DNA of 64,000 bases from an uncultured Mycoplasmatota bacterium (GCA_900542735.1 UQOS01000001.1:50865-114864); one strand, 5' to 3'. Shown: positions 8,807 through 18,996, numbered from the stretch's first letter. Numbers and translations are program-made. The notes: generated by a model not told the origin, from the sequence alone.

Positions 8807-10000
8807 ATGCATAGAGAAGATTTTCCTATTTTAAAACAAGATCTTATTTATTTTGATAATGGTGCTACTACTTTAAAACCTCAAGTAGTAATTGATAGTA
8901 TTACTGACTATTATACTAATTACACTGCAAATGCTCATAGAGGAGATTATGATAATAGTTTAAAGGTAGATATTAAATATGAAGAAGTGCGTACGAAAGT
9001 AAAGAACTTTATTCACTGTGATAGTGAAAAAGAAGTAGTTTTTACTAGTGGAGCAACAGATTCTTTAAATCGAATTGTGTTTGGATTTATGAAATATTAT
9101 CTAAAAGCAGGTGATGAAGTTTTAATTACAAAGGCAGAACATGCATCGAATGTGCTTCCTTGGTTAGAACTTGAAAAAGAGTTAGGTATTTTGGTTAAAT
9201 ATATTCCACTTGAAAATCATTTAGTGAAACTTGAAAATGTAGAAAAAATAATTACAGCAAAAACAAAAGTAATATCTTTAGCACATATTACTAATGTTTT
9301 AGGAGATGAAAGACCAATTGAAGAAATTGGTAAATTGTGTCAGAAACATAATATTTTATTTGTAGTAGATGGAGCTCAAAGTGTACCTCATATTTCTGTT
9401 GATGTCAAAAAATTAAATATTGATTTCTTAGCTTTTTCTGCTCATAAAATGTTAGGACCAACTGGAGTTGGAGTTTTATATGGAAAAGAAGAATACCTAG
9501 AAAAAATGATGCCAACTTCTTTTGGAGGGGGTATGAATTCTACTTTTACTTCAATAGGAGAAGTTGAATATAAAAGTTTACCTACTAGATTAGAAGCAGG
9601 TACTCCAAATATTGCTGGCGTAATTGGAATGGGTAGTGCGATTGATTATTTAATGAAAATTGGAATGGAAAACATTACGAAATATGAAAGACATTTAAAG
9701 GAATACTTTTTAGAAAAAGCAAAAGATGTAGAAAACTTAGTTGTTTACAATAAAGATATTCCGGGTGGTTTAGTTGCTTTTAACTTAGATGGTGTTTTTA
9801 GTCAAGATACTGCAGTATATTTAAATCATTATCACATTTGTGTAAGAGCAGGAAATCACTGTGCTAAGATTTTAAAAGAAGATTTACTTGTTAAAAATAC
9901 TTGCCGTATTAGTTTTTATCTATATAATACTGAAGAAGAAATTGATAGATTAATAGAAGTATTAAAAAATTCTAAAGAAATATTTAAAATTATTTTATAA
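8807..10000 (+). CDS. sufS: Cysteine desulfurase SufS (class V aminotransferase)
   Basis: PLP-lysine region FSAHKMLGPTGVGVLYGK, AHRG motif and a C-terminal HHCA-like region (RAGNHCAK) around the catalytic Cys. Confidence 0.9.
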   Translation: MHREDFPILKQDLIYFDNGATTLKPQVVIDSITDYYTNYTANAHRGDYDNSLKVDIKYEEVRTKVKNFIHCDSEKEVVFTSGATDSLNRIVFGFMKYYLKAGDEVLITKAEHASNVLPWLELEKELGILVKYIPLENHLVKLENVEKIITAKTKVISLAHITNVLGDERPIEEIGKLCQKHNILFVVDGAQSVPHISVDVKKLNIDFLAFSAHKMLGPTGVGVLYGKEEYLEKMMPTSFGGGMNSTFTSIGEVEYKSLPTRLEAGTPNIAGVIGMGSAIDYLMKIGMENITKYERHLKEYFLEKAKDVENLVVYNKDIPGGLVAFNLDGVFSQDTAVYLNHYHICVRAGNHCAKILKEDLLVKNTCRISFYLYNTEEEIDRLIEVLKNSKEIFKIIL

Positions 10001-10020
10001 AAGTTAGGATAGTGAAAGAA

Positions 10021-10440
10021 ATGGATCCAATATTAAAAAGAGAAATTATGTTAGATAATTATGAAAATCCTATGAATAGAGGATTAGTAGATGATGATAG
10101 TTATATTAAAATTAATACCAATAATGAAAGTTGTATTGATAACTTAGATATCATGTATAAGATTGAAGATGGAAAATTAGTTGATATTAGATTTGATGGA
10201 GAAGCGTGTGCAATTTCTACTAGTAGCACTAGTATTATGATTAAGTCTTTAATTGGAAAAACAAAAGAAGAAATTTTAAAAATATTAGAAAACTATGAAA
10301 ATATGATAAATGAAAAAGAATATGATAGTAGTGTTTTAGGAGAATTAAATGTATATAATGAAATATACAGACAACCTAATCGTAAAAAGTGTGCACTTTT
10401 ACCGTTTGAATCTTTAAAGAAAATAATTGATAAAATGTAA
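10021..10440 (+). CDS. sufU: SufU/IscU-like Fe-S scaffold (sulfur acceptor)
   Basis: About 140 aa with DNYENPMNRG near the N-terminus and three spaced Cys (NESCID, GEACAIS, KKCALLP). Lies between sufS and sufB. Confidence 0.75.
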   Translation: MDPILKREIMLDNYENPMNRGLVDDDSYIKINTNNESCIDNLDIMYKIEDGKLVDIRFDGEACAISTSSTSIMIKSLIGKTKEEILKILENYENMINEKEYDSSVLGELNVYNEIYRQPNRKKCALLPFESLKKIIDKM

Positions 10441-10448
10441 ATAGAAAA

Positions 10449-11771
10449 GTGGTGGTTTTTTTGGAAATCATAGGACTTAGCCAAGAAAAAATTAAACAAA
10501 TATCTGAAATTAAAAAGGAAGATAGTTGGGTACTAGATTATCGTTTAAAGAGTTATGAGCTTTTTGAAAAAGCAGAAGAACCTAGTTTTGGGCCAAAAGC
10601 TAATATTGATTTTGAAAAGGTAATTTATTATAAAACGAATGATGATAATAAGATTAAAAATAACTGGAACGATATTAGTTGTAGTATTCGAGATGAACTT
10701 AATTCAGTGGGCGTACTTGAGAGTGAAAAGCATTTAGATGGTATGGGTGTTCAATATGAAAGTGAAGTTATATACCATAATATGCTTGATGAATTAACTA
10801 AGAAAAATGTTATTTTTACATCTATTGAAGAAGGTCTTAAAAAGTACCCTGATATTGCTAGAAAGTATTTTGGTAAAATTGTATCTAATGCAGATAATAA
10901 ATATGCTAGTTTAAATAGTAGTGTTTTTAGTGGAGGTAGTTTTATTTATATTCCACCTCATACAGAACTTGATAGACCACTACAAAGCTATTTTAGAATT
11001 AATAGTCGTAGTATGGGTCAATTTGAAAGAACTTTGATTATTGTAGATGATGATAGTAGTTTACATTATATAGAGGGGTGTACAGCACCTAATTATAGTG
11101 AATCTAGTTTACATGCTGCAGTTGTTGAGATTTATGTTGGTAAGGGTAGTAAGTGTCGTTATAGTACGATTCAAAACTGGGCTACTAATGTTAATAATTT
11201 GGTTACAAAAAGAGCTTTGGTTGATACTGATGGCGTAATGGAATGGATTGATGGTAATATTGGTAGTAATGTGACTATGAAGTATCCTGCTTGTATTTTA
11301 AAAGGAGATAGAGCAGAGGGTACTTGTATTACGATTAGTGTAGCTACAAATCATCAAGAACAGGATACTGGTGCTAGAATGATTCATATTGGTAAAAATA
11401 CTAAGAGCACTATTATTTCTAAGAGTATTGCTAGAAATGGTGGAAATGCTACTTATCGTGGTAAAGTTGATATTAAGAAAAGTGCTACTAATAGTAGTAG
11501 TATGGTAAAATGTGATACTTTAATACTTGATGATATTTCTAAGAGTGATACAATTCCTGTTAATATTTGTGAGAATAATTCTAGTAATATTGAACATGAA
11601 GCTACTGTTTCTAAAATCAGTGATGAAAAATTATTTTATATGATGTCAAGAGGACTTGATGAAGAAAAAGCTACTGAACTTATTATCTTAGGCTTTATTG
11701 AAAAGTTTAGAGAAGAGTTACCAATGGAGTATGCTGTTGAGCTAAATCAACTTTTGAAAAAAAATTTATAA
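10449..11771 (+). CDS. sufB: Fe-S cluster assembly protein SufB
   Basis: Conserved SufB core (FRINSRSMGQFERTLIIVDDDSSLHYIEGCTAPNYSESSLHAAVVEIYV) and C-terminal LFYMMSRGLDEEKATELIILGF. Confidence 0.9.
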   Translation: MVVFLEIIGLSQEKIKQISEIKKEDSWVLDYRLKSYELFEKAEEPSFGPKANIDFEKVIYYKTNDDNKIKNNWNDISCSIRDELNSVGVLESEKHLDGMGVQYESEVIYHNMLDELTKKNVIFTSIEEGLKKYPDIARKYFGKIVSNADNKYASLNSSVFSGGSFIYIPPHTELDRPLQSYFRINSRSMGQFERTLIIVDDDSSLHYIEGCTAPNYSESSLHAAVVEIYVGKGSKCRYSTIQNWATNVNNLVTKRALVDTDGVMEWIDGNIGSNVTMKYPACILKGDRAEGTCITISVATNHQEQDTGARMIHIGKNTKSTIISKSIARNGGNATYRGKVDIKKSATNSSSMVKCDTLILDDISKSDTIPVNICENNSSNIEHEATVSKISDEKLFYMMSRGLDEEKATELIILGFIEKFREELPMEYAVELNQLLKKNL

Positions 11772-11815
11772 AACTATGAAACTTATTTTTTGATAGTGAA
11801 ATAGTATGGTAAAAT

Positions 11816-11850
11816 TGAAAATTCCCCTAGGGAATTTTCTTTTTTTGGTC
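11816..11850. terminator. Rho-independent terminator of the suf operon
   Basis: GAAAATTCCC-cta-GGGAATTTTC is a perfect 10-bp stem followed by TTTTTTTGG. Confidence 0.65.
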
Positions 11851-11935
11851 TAAAAATAGGCTTTAATTTATAAAATTGGCGATTTGTGTTTTCTTTTTCT
11901 TTCGATTATTATACTGGCATGAAAGGAGGGATACT

Positions 11936-12268
11936 ATGTTAAATCAGCTAGTTTTAGTGGGAAGAATTGTAAAGAAACCGGAATTAAGAGAAGCAGAAAA
12001 TAATAAAAAATATTCTTTTATTACTTTGGCAGTTCCTAGAAGTTTTAAAAATGTCAATGGTGAATATGATACAGATTTTATTGACTGTGCTTTATGGGAT
12101 AGTGTTGCAGCTTCCACTGTTAAATACTGTGATAAAGGCGATATTGTTGGTATTAAAGGAAGACTTCAGAGTAGAATTGTTGAAAAAGATGATACCAAAA
12201 AACAGGTTTTAGAAGTAGTAGCAGAAAAGGTAACTTTTCTGTCCTCAAACAATAAAAAAGAAAACTAG
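11936..12268 (+). CDS. ssb: Single-stranded DNA-binding protein (short, no acidic C-terminal tail)
   Basis: MLNQLVLVGRIVKKPELRE...FIDCALWDSVAASTVKYCDKGDIVGIKGRLQSR is a canonical OB-fold SSB N-terminus. RBS GAAAGGAGGG upstream. The protein ends ...SSNNKKEN without the DDDIPF tail. Confidence 0.8.
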   Translation: MLNQLVLVGRIVKKPELREAENNKKYSFITLAVPRSFKNVNGEYDTDFIDCALWDSVAASTVKYCDKGDIVGIKGRLQSRIVEKDDTKKQVLEVVAEKVTFLSSNNKKEN

Positions 12269-12349
12269 TTTCTAATTAGTTAACTAACCTCAAAATACGA
12301 CAAGATTTCACTATAATGTACCTATATATTGGTACAAGAGGTGTTTAAA

Positions 12350-12706
12350 ATGATTCTATTTGCAAAGAGATTAAAGGAAAAAAGAAAAGAAATGGGATTT
12401 ACTCAAAAACAACTAGGTGAAATGATTGGAGTAACTAAGGTTAGTATTTGTTGTTATGAAAATGGTACTAGAACTCCAACACTTGATACTCTAATTGATT
12501 TAGCAAATGCACTACAAGTTGAGTTAACTTATCTTTTAGGTGTTGATAGTTTTGTGGTTGCTGAGGGTGAACCTGAAGTAGGTATTAATATAGCTTATAA
12601 TGAAATTGCACTTATTAAAGAACTTCGTATGCATATTAAGTTATATGAAAGACTTTTAGAAGATCCAAAAAGAACTATGGATTATATTGAGAAAAAATTG
12701 CGTTAA
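12350..12706 (+). CDS. XRE-family helix-turn-helix transcriptional regulator
   Basis: LKEKRKEMGFTQKQLGEMIGVTKVSICCYENGTRTPTLDTLIDLANAL is a classic Cro/C1-type HTH. RBS GAGGTG upstream of the ATG at 12350. Confidence 0.7.
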   Translation: MILFAKRLKEKRKEMGFTQKQLGEMIGVTKVSICCYENGTRTPTLDTLIDLANALQVELTYLLGVDSFVVAEGEPEVGINIAYNEIALIKELRMHIKLYERLLEDPKRTMDYIEKKLR

Positions 12707-12788
12707 ACATATAGGTATTTGCTTATATGTTTTTCTTTTTTCTAAAATTATGTTACACTCTTAATATAGTAAGATAGGTGAAGATAAA

Positions 12789-13010
12789 ATGGAAGAATCA
12801 AAGAAAGAAGAATTACAAAATATTTTAAATCAAATTGAAAATCTTTATTATGTTGATAATATCGAAGATAGAAAAGATGAATTACTTAGTTTATGGACTA
12901 GATATTATCAGTTAGCTTATTCTTATCATATTCAATTAGATAGTGCTTATAATTTGTTTTTACTTGGTGAAAATGTGTGTTATGTAATTGATAGTAAATT
13001 AAATAGATAA
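12789..13010 (+). CDS. Hypothetical small protein (73 aa). Same frame as the next ORF, separated by a single TAA
   Basis: ORF with RBS-like GATAGGTGAAG upstream. No known motif. Confidence 0.35.
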   Translation: MEESKKEELQNILNQIENLYYVDNIEDRKDELLSLWTRYYQLAYSYHIQLDSAYNLFLLGENVCYVIDSKLNR

Positions 13011-13079
13011 AAAAATATAGAAGTACCAAATGATGCTATTTATCATTTACTTGAGGTATTAAAAGAAAATAAGGATTCT

Positions 13080-13769
13080 TTGGTAAATGGTATTTCTTAT
13101 CAAGAAGCAATTCAAATACTTGAGTATGTAGTAAATAAGACTTGGAATAATTTAGCACATTTTGGAATTGACTTATCTAGAAATTCTTTAAATGGCTTTT
13201 GTGAATTTGCACAACTTAGTAGTCTTTTGCCACTAGAGAAACTTGGCCTTTCTGTTACTAAAAATACGGCAGAAGCTAGTTTTGATTATCCATTACATCA
13301 TGCTTTTGGAACAGTTAAAATTCCGATTTTAGAAAATGGTATTTTAAAAGAAGATTTTTTCTTAATTGATCCAACTTATAAACAATTTTTTACAGCAGTT
13401 AGATGTAACTTTGGTAGATTTTTTGTAGAAAATGAGGATACAGGAAAAATACTTGCTCCAGATATTGGTTATTTTATGAAGTCAGATGAAGAAAAAAGCG
13501 TTTGTTCTTCTATTATAAAGAATGGTTATATTTTACTTGATGATAATGTGGCTAAGATATATGGAAGTGGTTTTAAACTAGCAAGTATTCCAGCTATTCA
13601 CAATGATTCTTACGATTTAGAATATGATAAAGTTTTAAATGAAGATGGAAATTATTTTAAGAATTGTATATTAAATGATAATGGTAGATACTGTTCAAGT
13701 ATTAATGAATTAGAAGATTATGGTTTCGATTTAGAAATTCCTATTTCAAAAAATATTCATTATCAGTAG
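13080..13769 (+). CDS. Hypothetical protein (229 aa from a TTG start); in-frame continuation of 12789..13010
   Basis: The frame stays open back to the TAA at 13008-13010, and the upstream in-frame sequence reads as continuous protein (KNIEVPNDAIYHLLEVLKENKDSLVNGISYQEAIQ...). Confidence 0.45.
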   Translation: MVNGISYQEAIQILEYVVNKTWNNLAHFGIDLSRNSLNGFCEFAQLSSLLPLEKLGLSVTKNTAEASFDYPLHHAFGTVKIPILENGILKEDFFLIDPTYKQFFTAVRCNFGRFFVENEDTGKILAPDIGYFMKSDEEKSVCSSIIKNGYILLDDNVAKIYGSGFKLASIPAIHNDSYDLEYDKVLNEDGNYFKNCILNDNGRYCSSINELEDYGFDLEIPISKNIHYQ

Positions 13770-13820
13770 TTATTTTCTATTTTATTTGGTATAATTTTAT
13801 TAGAATAGAGAGGCGGTTAT

Positions 13821-15110
13821 ATGGCAATCGTAGATATTATTAATAAGAAAAGATTGGGTAATATTTTAACTAGAAAAGAGCTAGAGGAAGCTTTTTTAGG
13901 TTATTATCGTGGTGATATTCCTGATTATCAAATGAGTAGCTTATTAATGGCTATTTGTCTTAAGGGTATGACTGATGAAGAAATCTTAAATCTTACTGAT
14001 ATTTTTATTCATAGTGGCGATATTTTAGATTTAAGTGATATACATGGTATTACTGTTGATAAACATTCTACTGGTGGTGTTGGTGATAAAACAACTTTAG
14101 TGGTTGCATCTATTGCGGCTTCCTTAGGGGTAAAGGTTCCTAAAATGAGTGGTAGAGGACTTGGTCATACTGGTGGAACTATTGATAAACTTGAAAGTAT
14201 TCCAGGTTTTCGAGTTAATTTAACGGAAGAAGAATTTATCAATCAGTTAAACGAAGTGGGAGCTTGTATTATTAGTCAAACCAAAAATTTAGCGCCTCTT
14301 GATAAAAAGGTATATGCACTTCGTGATGTGACTGGTACAGTAGAATCTATTCCTTTAATTGCTACTAGTATTATGAGTAAAAAGATAGCTAGTGGTGCTG
14401 ATAAAATTATGCTAGATGTTAAAGTGGGAACAGGAGCCTTATTAAAAACTAGAAAAGATGCTTTAGAAATTTCTAGAATTATGAAAATGATTGGTAATCA
14501 TTATGGAAAAGAAGTAGAAACTATGATTACTTATATGGATATTCCACTTGGTACTTCAATTGGTAATGCACTTGAAATACTAGAAGTAATTAAGATTTTA
14601 TGTAATGAAGAAAATAATTATTTAGTTGCTTTATGTAAGGCATTGTCTAGTAAAATGGTTCAACTTGCTCTTGGAAAAACGATTAATCAGGCAAATGATA
14701 TGGTAGAAGATAGTTTAAAAAGCGGAAAGGCTTACTTGAAATTTTTGGAAATAGTAAAAGCTCAAGGTGGAGATTTGAGTGGTTTAAGAGTTAGTAAGAA
14801 TACACAAGATATTTATTCTACTAAGAGTGGTCATGTCATTGATATGGATGCTTATCGTTTTGGAAAACTTTCTCTTGATTTGGGTGGAGGAAGAAAAACT
14901 AAGGAAGATAAAATTGACCCAAGCGTTGGAATTGTACTTAAGAAAAAAATTGGTGATGATGTTAAAGTTGGAGATGTATTATGTACTTTATACTTAAAAG
15001 AAGGTAGTAAACCAATTACAGAAGATTTAACTGATTACTACACATTCACTGTAGATTCAGAAAAAGAAAAAATATTAGATGCAAAGGAAAAAGAGATTGA
15101 ACTCTTATAG
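13821..15110 (+). CDS. pdp: Pyrimidine-nucleoside (thymidine) phosphorylase
   Basis: VDKHSTGGVGDKTTLVVASIAASLGVKVPKMSGRGLGHTGGTIDKLESIPGF is the thymidine/pyrimidine-nucleoside phosphorylase signature. Length 429 aa. Confidence 0.9.
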   Translation: MAIVDIINKKRLGNILTRKELEEAFLGYYRGDIPDYQMSSLLMAICLKGMTDEEILNLTDIFIHSGDILDLSDIHGITVDKHSTGGVGDKTTLVVASIAASLGVKVPKMSGRGLGHTGGTIDKLESIPGFRVNLTEEEFINQLNEVGACIISQTKNLAPLDKKVYALRDVTGTVESIPLIATSIMSKKIASGADKIMLDVKVGTGALLKTRKDALEISRIMKMIGNHYGKEVETMITYMDIPLGTSIGNALEILEVIKILCNEENNYLVALCKALSSKMVQLALGKTINQANDMVEDSLKSGKAYLKFLEIVKAQGGDLSGLRVSKNTQDIYSTKSGHVIDMDAYRFGKLSLDLGGGRKTKEDKIDPSVGIVLKKKIGDDVKVGDVLCTLYLKEGSKPITEDLTDYYTFTVDSEKEKILDAKEKEIELL

Positions 15111-15411
15111 GAGAAAATAATGATTTATTTTATAATTTTTATGATTTTATTATTTGATTTTGTAGTATTTAAAATGGCTTCTAACTGTTCTAGATGGGAA
15201 GAAGAATATTATTTAAAAGAAGAAAAGAAAAATTAATGGTGTGTTAGTTTTTCATATATGTATTTTAATATAAATAGCTTAAAGTGAAGACTTTAGGTTA
15301 TTTTTTTAACTTTTTTTATTTTTTGTAAGTATTTTTGAAAGTTTTCTAAATAATATTATAGAAGATAGCCGGCACCTTCTAATATTATAAAGGAGATTTA
15401 GATATAAAATT

Positions 15412-15640
15412 ATGATAGAATTATTAGAAAAAATAAAAGAACAGAAAAAAGATAATTTTGTATCTTTGTTATCATATACTACATTTAAATATCTATTTAA
15501 AAATGAAGATACAAGAGAGTGGTTAGTAAATATCATTAAGGGTACATTTTAAAAAACTTATTAAATCTAGGTACTGTTTCATTGGAAGATATTTCAAAAA
15601 CTACTGACTTAGATATTGATACTTTAAATACCATATCTAA
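15412..15640 (+). pseudogene. Degenerate remnant of an Rpn-family nuclease/transposase gene (46-aa N-terminal piece, then a C-terminal-like piece in another frame)
   Basis: MIELLEKIKEQKKDNFVSLLSYTTFKYLFKNEDTREWLVNIIKGTF* resembles the Rpn N-terminus of gene 1406..2299 (ISDTIFKRLMMEH..YLGYILENI). The downstream out-of-frame KNLLNLGTVSLEDISKTTDLDIDTLNTISKES* resembles the Rpn C-terminal LS-EI-KL tail. Strong RBS AAAGGAG upstream. Confidence 0.45.
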
Positions 15641-15694
15641 AGAATCCTAAATAAAAATGACTTGAATATATGTTCAAGTCATTTTTAAATATCT

Positions 15695-17191
15695 TTATTC
15701 TCCTAAAGTCAAAGTAACTGTTGTACTACTTGGAACATTACTTCCACTTCTCATAGATTGTTTGATTACTTTAGTATTTTTTTCATTATTATCATCTAAA
15801 AACTTACAGTTAATATTTACTTTCTTGCAACTATTACTTGCTTCTTCCTTCGTCATACCAATTAAATTTGGAATTATTGTATTACCACCTTGAGAAATTA
15901 CTAGTATAACCGTTTCGTTATTTTTAATAATTTGATTTTCTTTATGAGAAGAAGAAATTAGTTTGCCTTTTTCGATACTATTACTATATTCATAATTAAT
16001 TTGATAGGCAATATCATTTCCATCAGCCCAAGTAATAAAATCATCAAGATTACTAAAACTTATCATATAAATTTGTCCCTTTGATAAAGTTACTTGAATA
16101 GTATCACCAACATTTATTAGATTTCCCTTGATATAATTACTACTAACTACTTTTCCTTTTTTTATCGTATCATCGTGTTCTTCTTTAAATTCTATTTTTA
16201 AACGATTATTAGTAGCCCAAGTATTAATTTCATTAGCATTCATTTTCGTTAAATCAGGAACTGTAATTTGATTTTTCTTAGAAACTGTTAAAATAATTTC
16301 TGTATTATCACTAGGACTAATAACTTCCCATTTTTTAACACTTTGTTTTAAGATGATATTTTCTTCTTTTTCTTCGCTATAAGCATATTCTATATCACAC
16401 TTTAAATGATTTCTTCCACAATAGACAATAGCATGAAAAGTATCAAGACCAACTAAATTATCCATAGTAATACTTTTTAATTCTTCTTCTTTACCTAGGG
16501 AAGATACTAAAGTAATAGGTTCATCTCTTTTAACTTCTTTTATTACATCTTGACTTATAATTGTATCTTTTGAAACTGTATCACTAAACTCAAAATTAAT
16601 TGTAACATTCGTTAAATGATTATCATCAATATACTTAATAACATCATCTAATTTCCAACCAACCATACTAGTAACAATAGTGTTAATAGAAGTATCAACT
16701 CCATCAGAAACAACGACCTTCATTTTCTTAAGTCCTTTGGTAGAAGTACCAGCCTTTACACTCTGACTGATAATCTTATACTGTAAAATAGTATCGCTAT
16801 TCTCAAAATCTTGTTCAATTAAAATATTTCTTTCATTTGCCCAAGTAACTACTTCTTTAATATCTTTATTTGTAAAATCTAATACTAAATCTTTTTTTGC
16901 ATTAACACTAGAAATTACTTGAAATAAACTGTAAAAAGTAAGAAGTAAGGAACCAATAATAATAAATATTTTAACTTTTTTATTTTGAGCAAACATACCA
17001 ACAATTACATAAAACACTGAAAAAATAGCTAACAATACCACACTGATAATACTAATAATCTGATTTAAAATATTACTACTAACTAATATCGTATAAATCA
17101 TATAAGAAATAGTAGAAACCAGTGATAAAGCTAAACAAAAATAAACAATAACTTGAAATACTTTTTCTTTTTTTTCTAATTTTTCTTCCAT
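15695..17191 (-). CDS. Membrane protein with N-terminal TM helices and several extracellular PASTA domains (no kinase or PBP domain)
   Basis: Repeated modules of about 65 aa of the form I/V-P-D/N-L-x-G/K-M...K-V-x-x-x...T-L-S-K-G (for example IPNLIGMTKEEASNSCKKVNINCKF...TVTLTLGE and VPDLTKMNANEINTWATNNRLKIEF...IQVTLSKGQ) typical of PASTA domains. Four hydrophobic helices at the N-terminus. Confidence 0.6.
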   Translation of the reverse strand: MEEKLEKKEKVFQVIVYFCLALSLVSTISYMIYTILVSSNILNQIISIISVVLLAIFSVFYVIVGMFAQNKKVKIFIIIGSLLLTFYSLFQVISSVNAKKDLVLDFTNKDIKEVVTWANERNILIEQDFENSDTILQYKIISQSVKAGTSTKGLKKMKVVVSDGVDTSINTIVTSMVGWKLDDVIKYIDDNHLTNVTINFEFSDTVSKDTIISQDVIKEVKRDEPITLVSSLGKEEELKSITMDNLVGLDTFHAIVYCGRNHLKCDIEYAYSEEKEENIILKQSVKKWEVISPSDNTEIILTVSKKNQITVPDLTKMNANEINTWATNNRLKIEFKEEHDDTIKKGKVVSSNYIKGNLINVGDTIQVTLSKGQIYMISFSNLDDFITWADGNDIAYQINYEYSNSIEKGKLISSSHKENQIIKNNETVILVISQGGNTIIPNLIGMTKEEASNSCKKVNINCKFLDDNNEKNTKVIKQSMRSGSNVPSSTTVTLTLGE

Positions 17192-17355
17192 AATGCACCT
17201 CTATTCTAACTTAATTATATAATAAGAAATAAATTATGAATACTAAAAAATCTAAAAAATAGGAACTAGTGTCAAATAGTTAGAAGGTAAAATCCTAAAT
17301 ATTTTCTATCTTTCTAATAGTGTTCATGATAAAATAAAAGAAAGAGAGTGATAAT

Positions 17356-18996
17356 ATGAAACAAATAAAAGAAACGAGTATTTTTTTATTAATGCTAATG
17401 GCAAATATTTTAATAGGAACAACTTTACTATTTTTTTGTAAAATAACGATTACGCCATTTCATTTACCTGGATTTATTTTATTAACTAGTCTATTTTATT
17501 TCTTTTTAAGAAGAAAAGTAACTAAGAAAGAAATTCTAACAACAATCATTTTATCTCTTTTAATAGTATCTCTATCTACTTTAATTTCTAGTTTTATGTT
17601 TGATAGATCAAGTGATGGAAATACTTATCATAAAGACGCAATTGGAGTATTAAAAGAAGGTTTTAATCCTGTATATGAATCTAGTGTTAAACAAATTAAA
17701 AAAAGACAAGATGACAGTAAAACACTAACAAACTATAGTATTTGGACAGACCATTATGCAAAAGCAAATTGGATTATTGCTGCTAATTTCTATAGTCTAA
17801 CAAACAATATTGAATCTGGAAAAGCTATGAATCTAATTAGTATGTATCTTGTGTTTGGATTTATTTTTACTTCATTATCTACTTGTATGACTACGAAAAA
17901 AGCTATGATACTTGCTCTTATTACTGTACTTAATCCTATTACAGCTTCGCAAGTTTTTACTTACTATAATGATCAATTAGTATGTATGTATCTTTTCTTA
18001 GCTATCTTATTTTTAATAAAACTAGATAAAAATATAAATGATAAAAACAGTTGGTTTTATTACTTTCTTACTTTTATTATTTTAGCGAATATGAAGTTTA
18101 ACGGATTAGGTTACTTATTAGTATTTAGTTTCTTCTTTGTTTGCAAGTATTTATTTAAGGCCTATAAAAACAAAAACTTTTTTCAAATATTTAAAAAATT
18201 ATGTATAATATTTATTCCTTTATTTATAACATCTCTTTTGATAGTAGGGTATCCTACCTATATAAAAAATACTATTGATCATAATAATCCATTCTTCCCA
18301 TTATACGATAAAAATGGTGAAGATATTATTACTGCTCAACAACCTAAAAAGTTTTTAAAAATGAATAATTTAGAAAAACTATTCTATGCAACATTCTCAA
18401 AAACAAACAATCTAAGAGAAAATGATAATACCGATTTAAAACTTCCATTTACGGTTTATAAAAGTGAACTAACACCAGCTATGAGTAACGATTTAAGAAT
18501 TAGTGGTTGGGGAATATTTTATAGTGGATTATTACTATGTAGTATCATTATCTTTATTAAGTATTATAAACAATATAAAAAAGAAACATCTATTTTGTAT
18601 ACCCTAATAATTACTATTTTCTTACTACTTATTATGAGTGAATCATGGTGGGCTAGATATACACCACACTTTTATTTATTTATAATTTTATCACTTTATA
18701 TTCTTTTTAAATATGAAAAGAAGAACTTAATATCTAATATTTATGTAGCTATTATTTTAATAAATACTTTAATACCATTTATGGGAAATAGTTATTATAC
18801 TTTAAAAAATAGTATTCAAATTCATAAAGAATTAAAAAGTTTATCAAATACCGAAATCAAACTAAATGTAAATGGTATGAATGGTATTATTTATAACTTA
18901 AAGGACTATCATGTTACTTATCATATTATGAAAGAAAATGGAAAAAAAGAATTATACTATCACTATTTAACATATCAAGGAGAAGAAGATGAATAA
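17356..18996 (+). CDS. Polytopic membrane protein, probable polysaccharide-modifying or glycosyltransferase-like (GT-C-like) protein
   Basis: 546 aa with more than 10 predicted TM helices. First gene of the polysaccharide locus. No soluble catalytic domain. Confidence 0.45.
   Translation: MKQIKETSIFLLMLMANILIGTTLLFFCKITITPFHLPGFILLTSLFYFFLRRKVTKKEILTTIILSLLIVSLSTLISSFMFDRSSDGNTYHKDAIGVLKEGFNPVYESSVKQIKKRQDDSKTLTNYSIWTDHYAKANWIIAANFYSLTNNIESGKAMNLISMYLVFGFIFTSLSTCMTTKKAMILALITVLNPITASQVFTYYNDQLVCMYLFLAILFLIKLDKNINDKNSWFYYFLTFIILANMKFNGLGYLLVFSFFFVCKYLFKAYKNKNFFQIFKKLCIIFIPLFITSLLIVGYPTYIKNTIDHNNPFFPLYDKNGEDIITAQQPKKFLKMNNLEKLFYATFSKTNNLRENDNTDLKLPFTVYKSELTPAMSNDLRISGWGIFYSGLLLCSIIIFIKYYKQYKKETSILYTLIITIFLLLIMSESWWARYTPHFYLFIILSLYILFKYEKKNLISNIYVAIILINTLIPFMGNSYYTLKNSIQIHKELKSLSNTEIKLNVNGMNGIIYNLKDYHVTYHIMKENGKKELYYHYLTYQGEEDE

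Noticed and set aside
15306-15536. 76-aa minus-strand ORF
   Set aside because: Lies antisense to the Rpn-remnant region and the conserved promoter block. Low-complexity product with no RBS.
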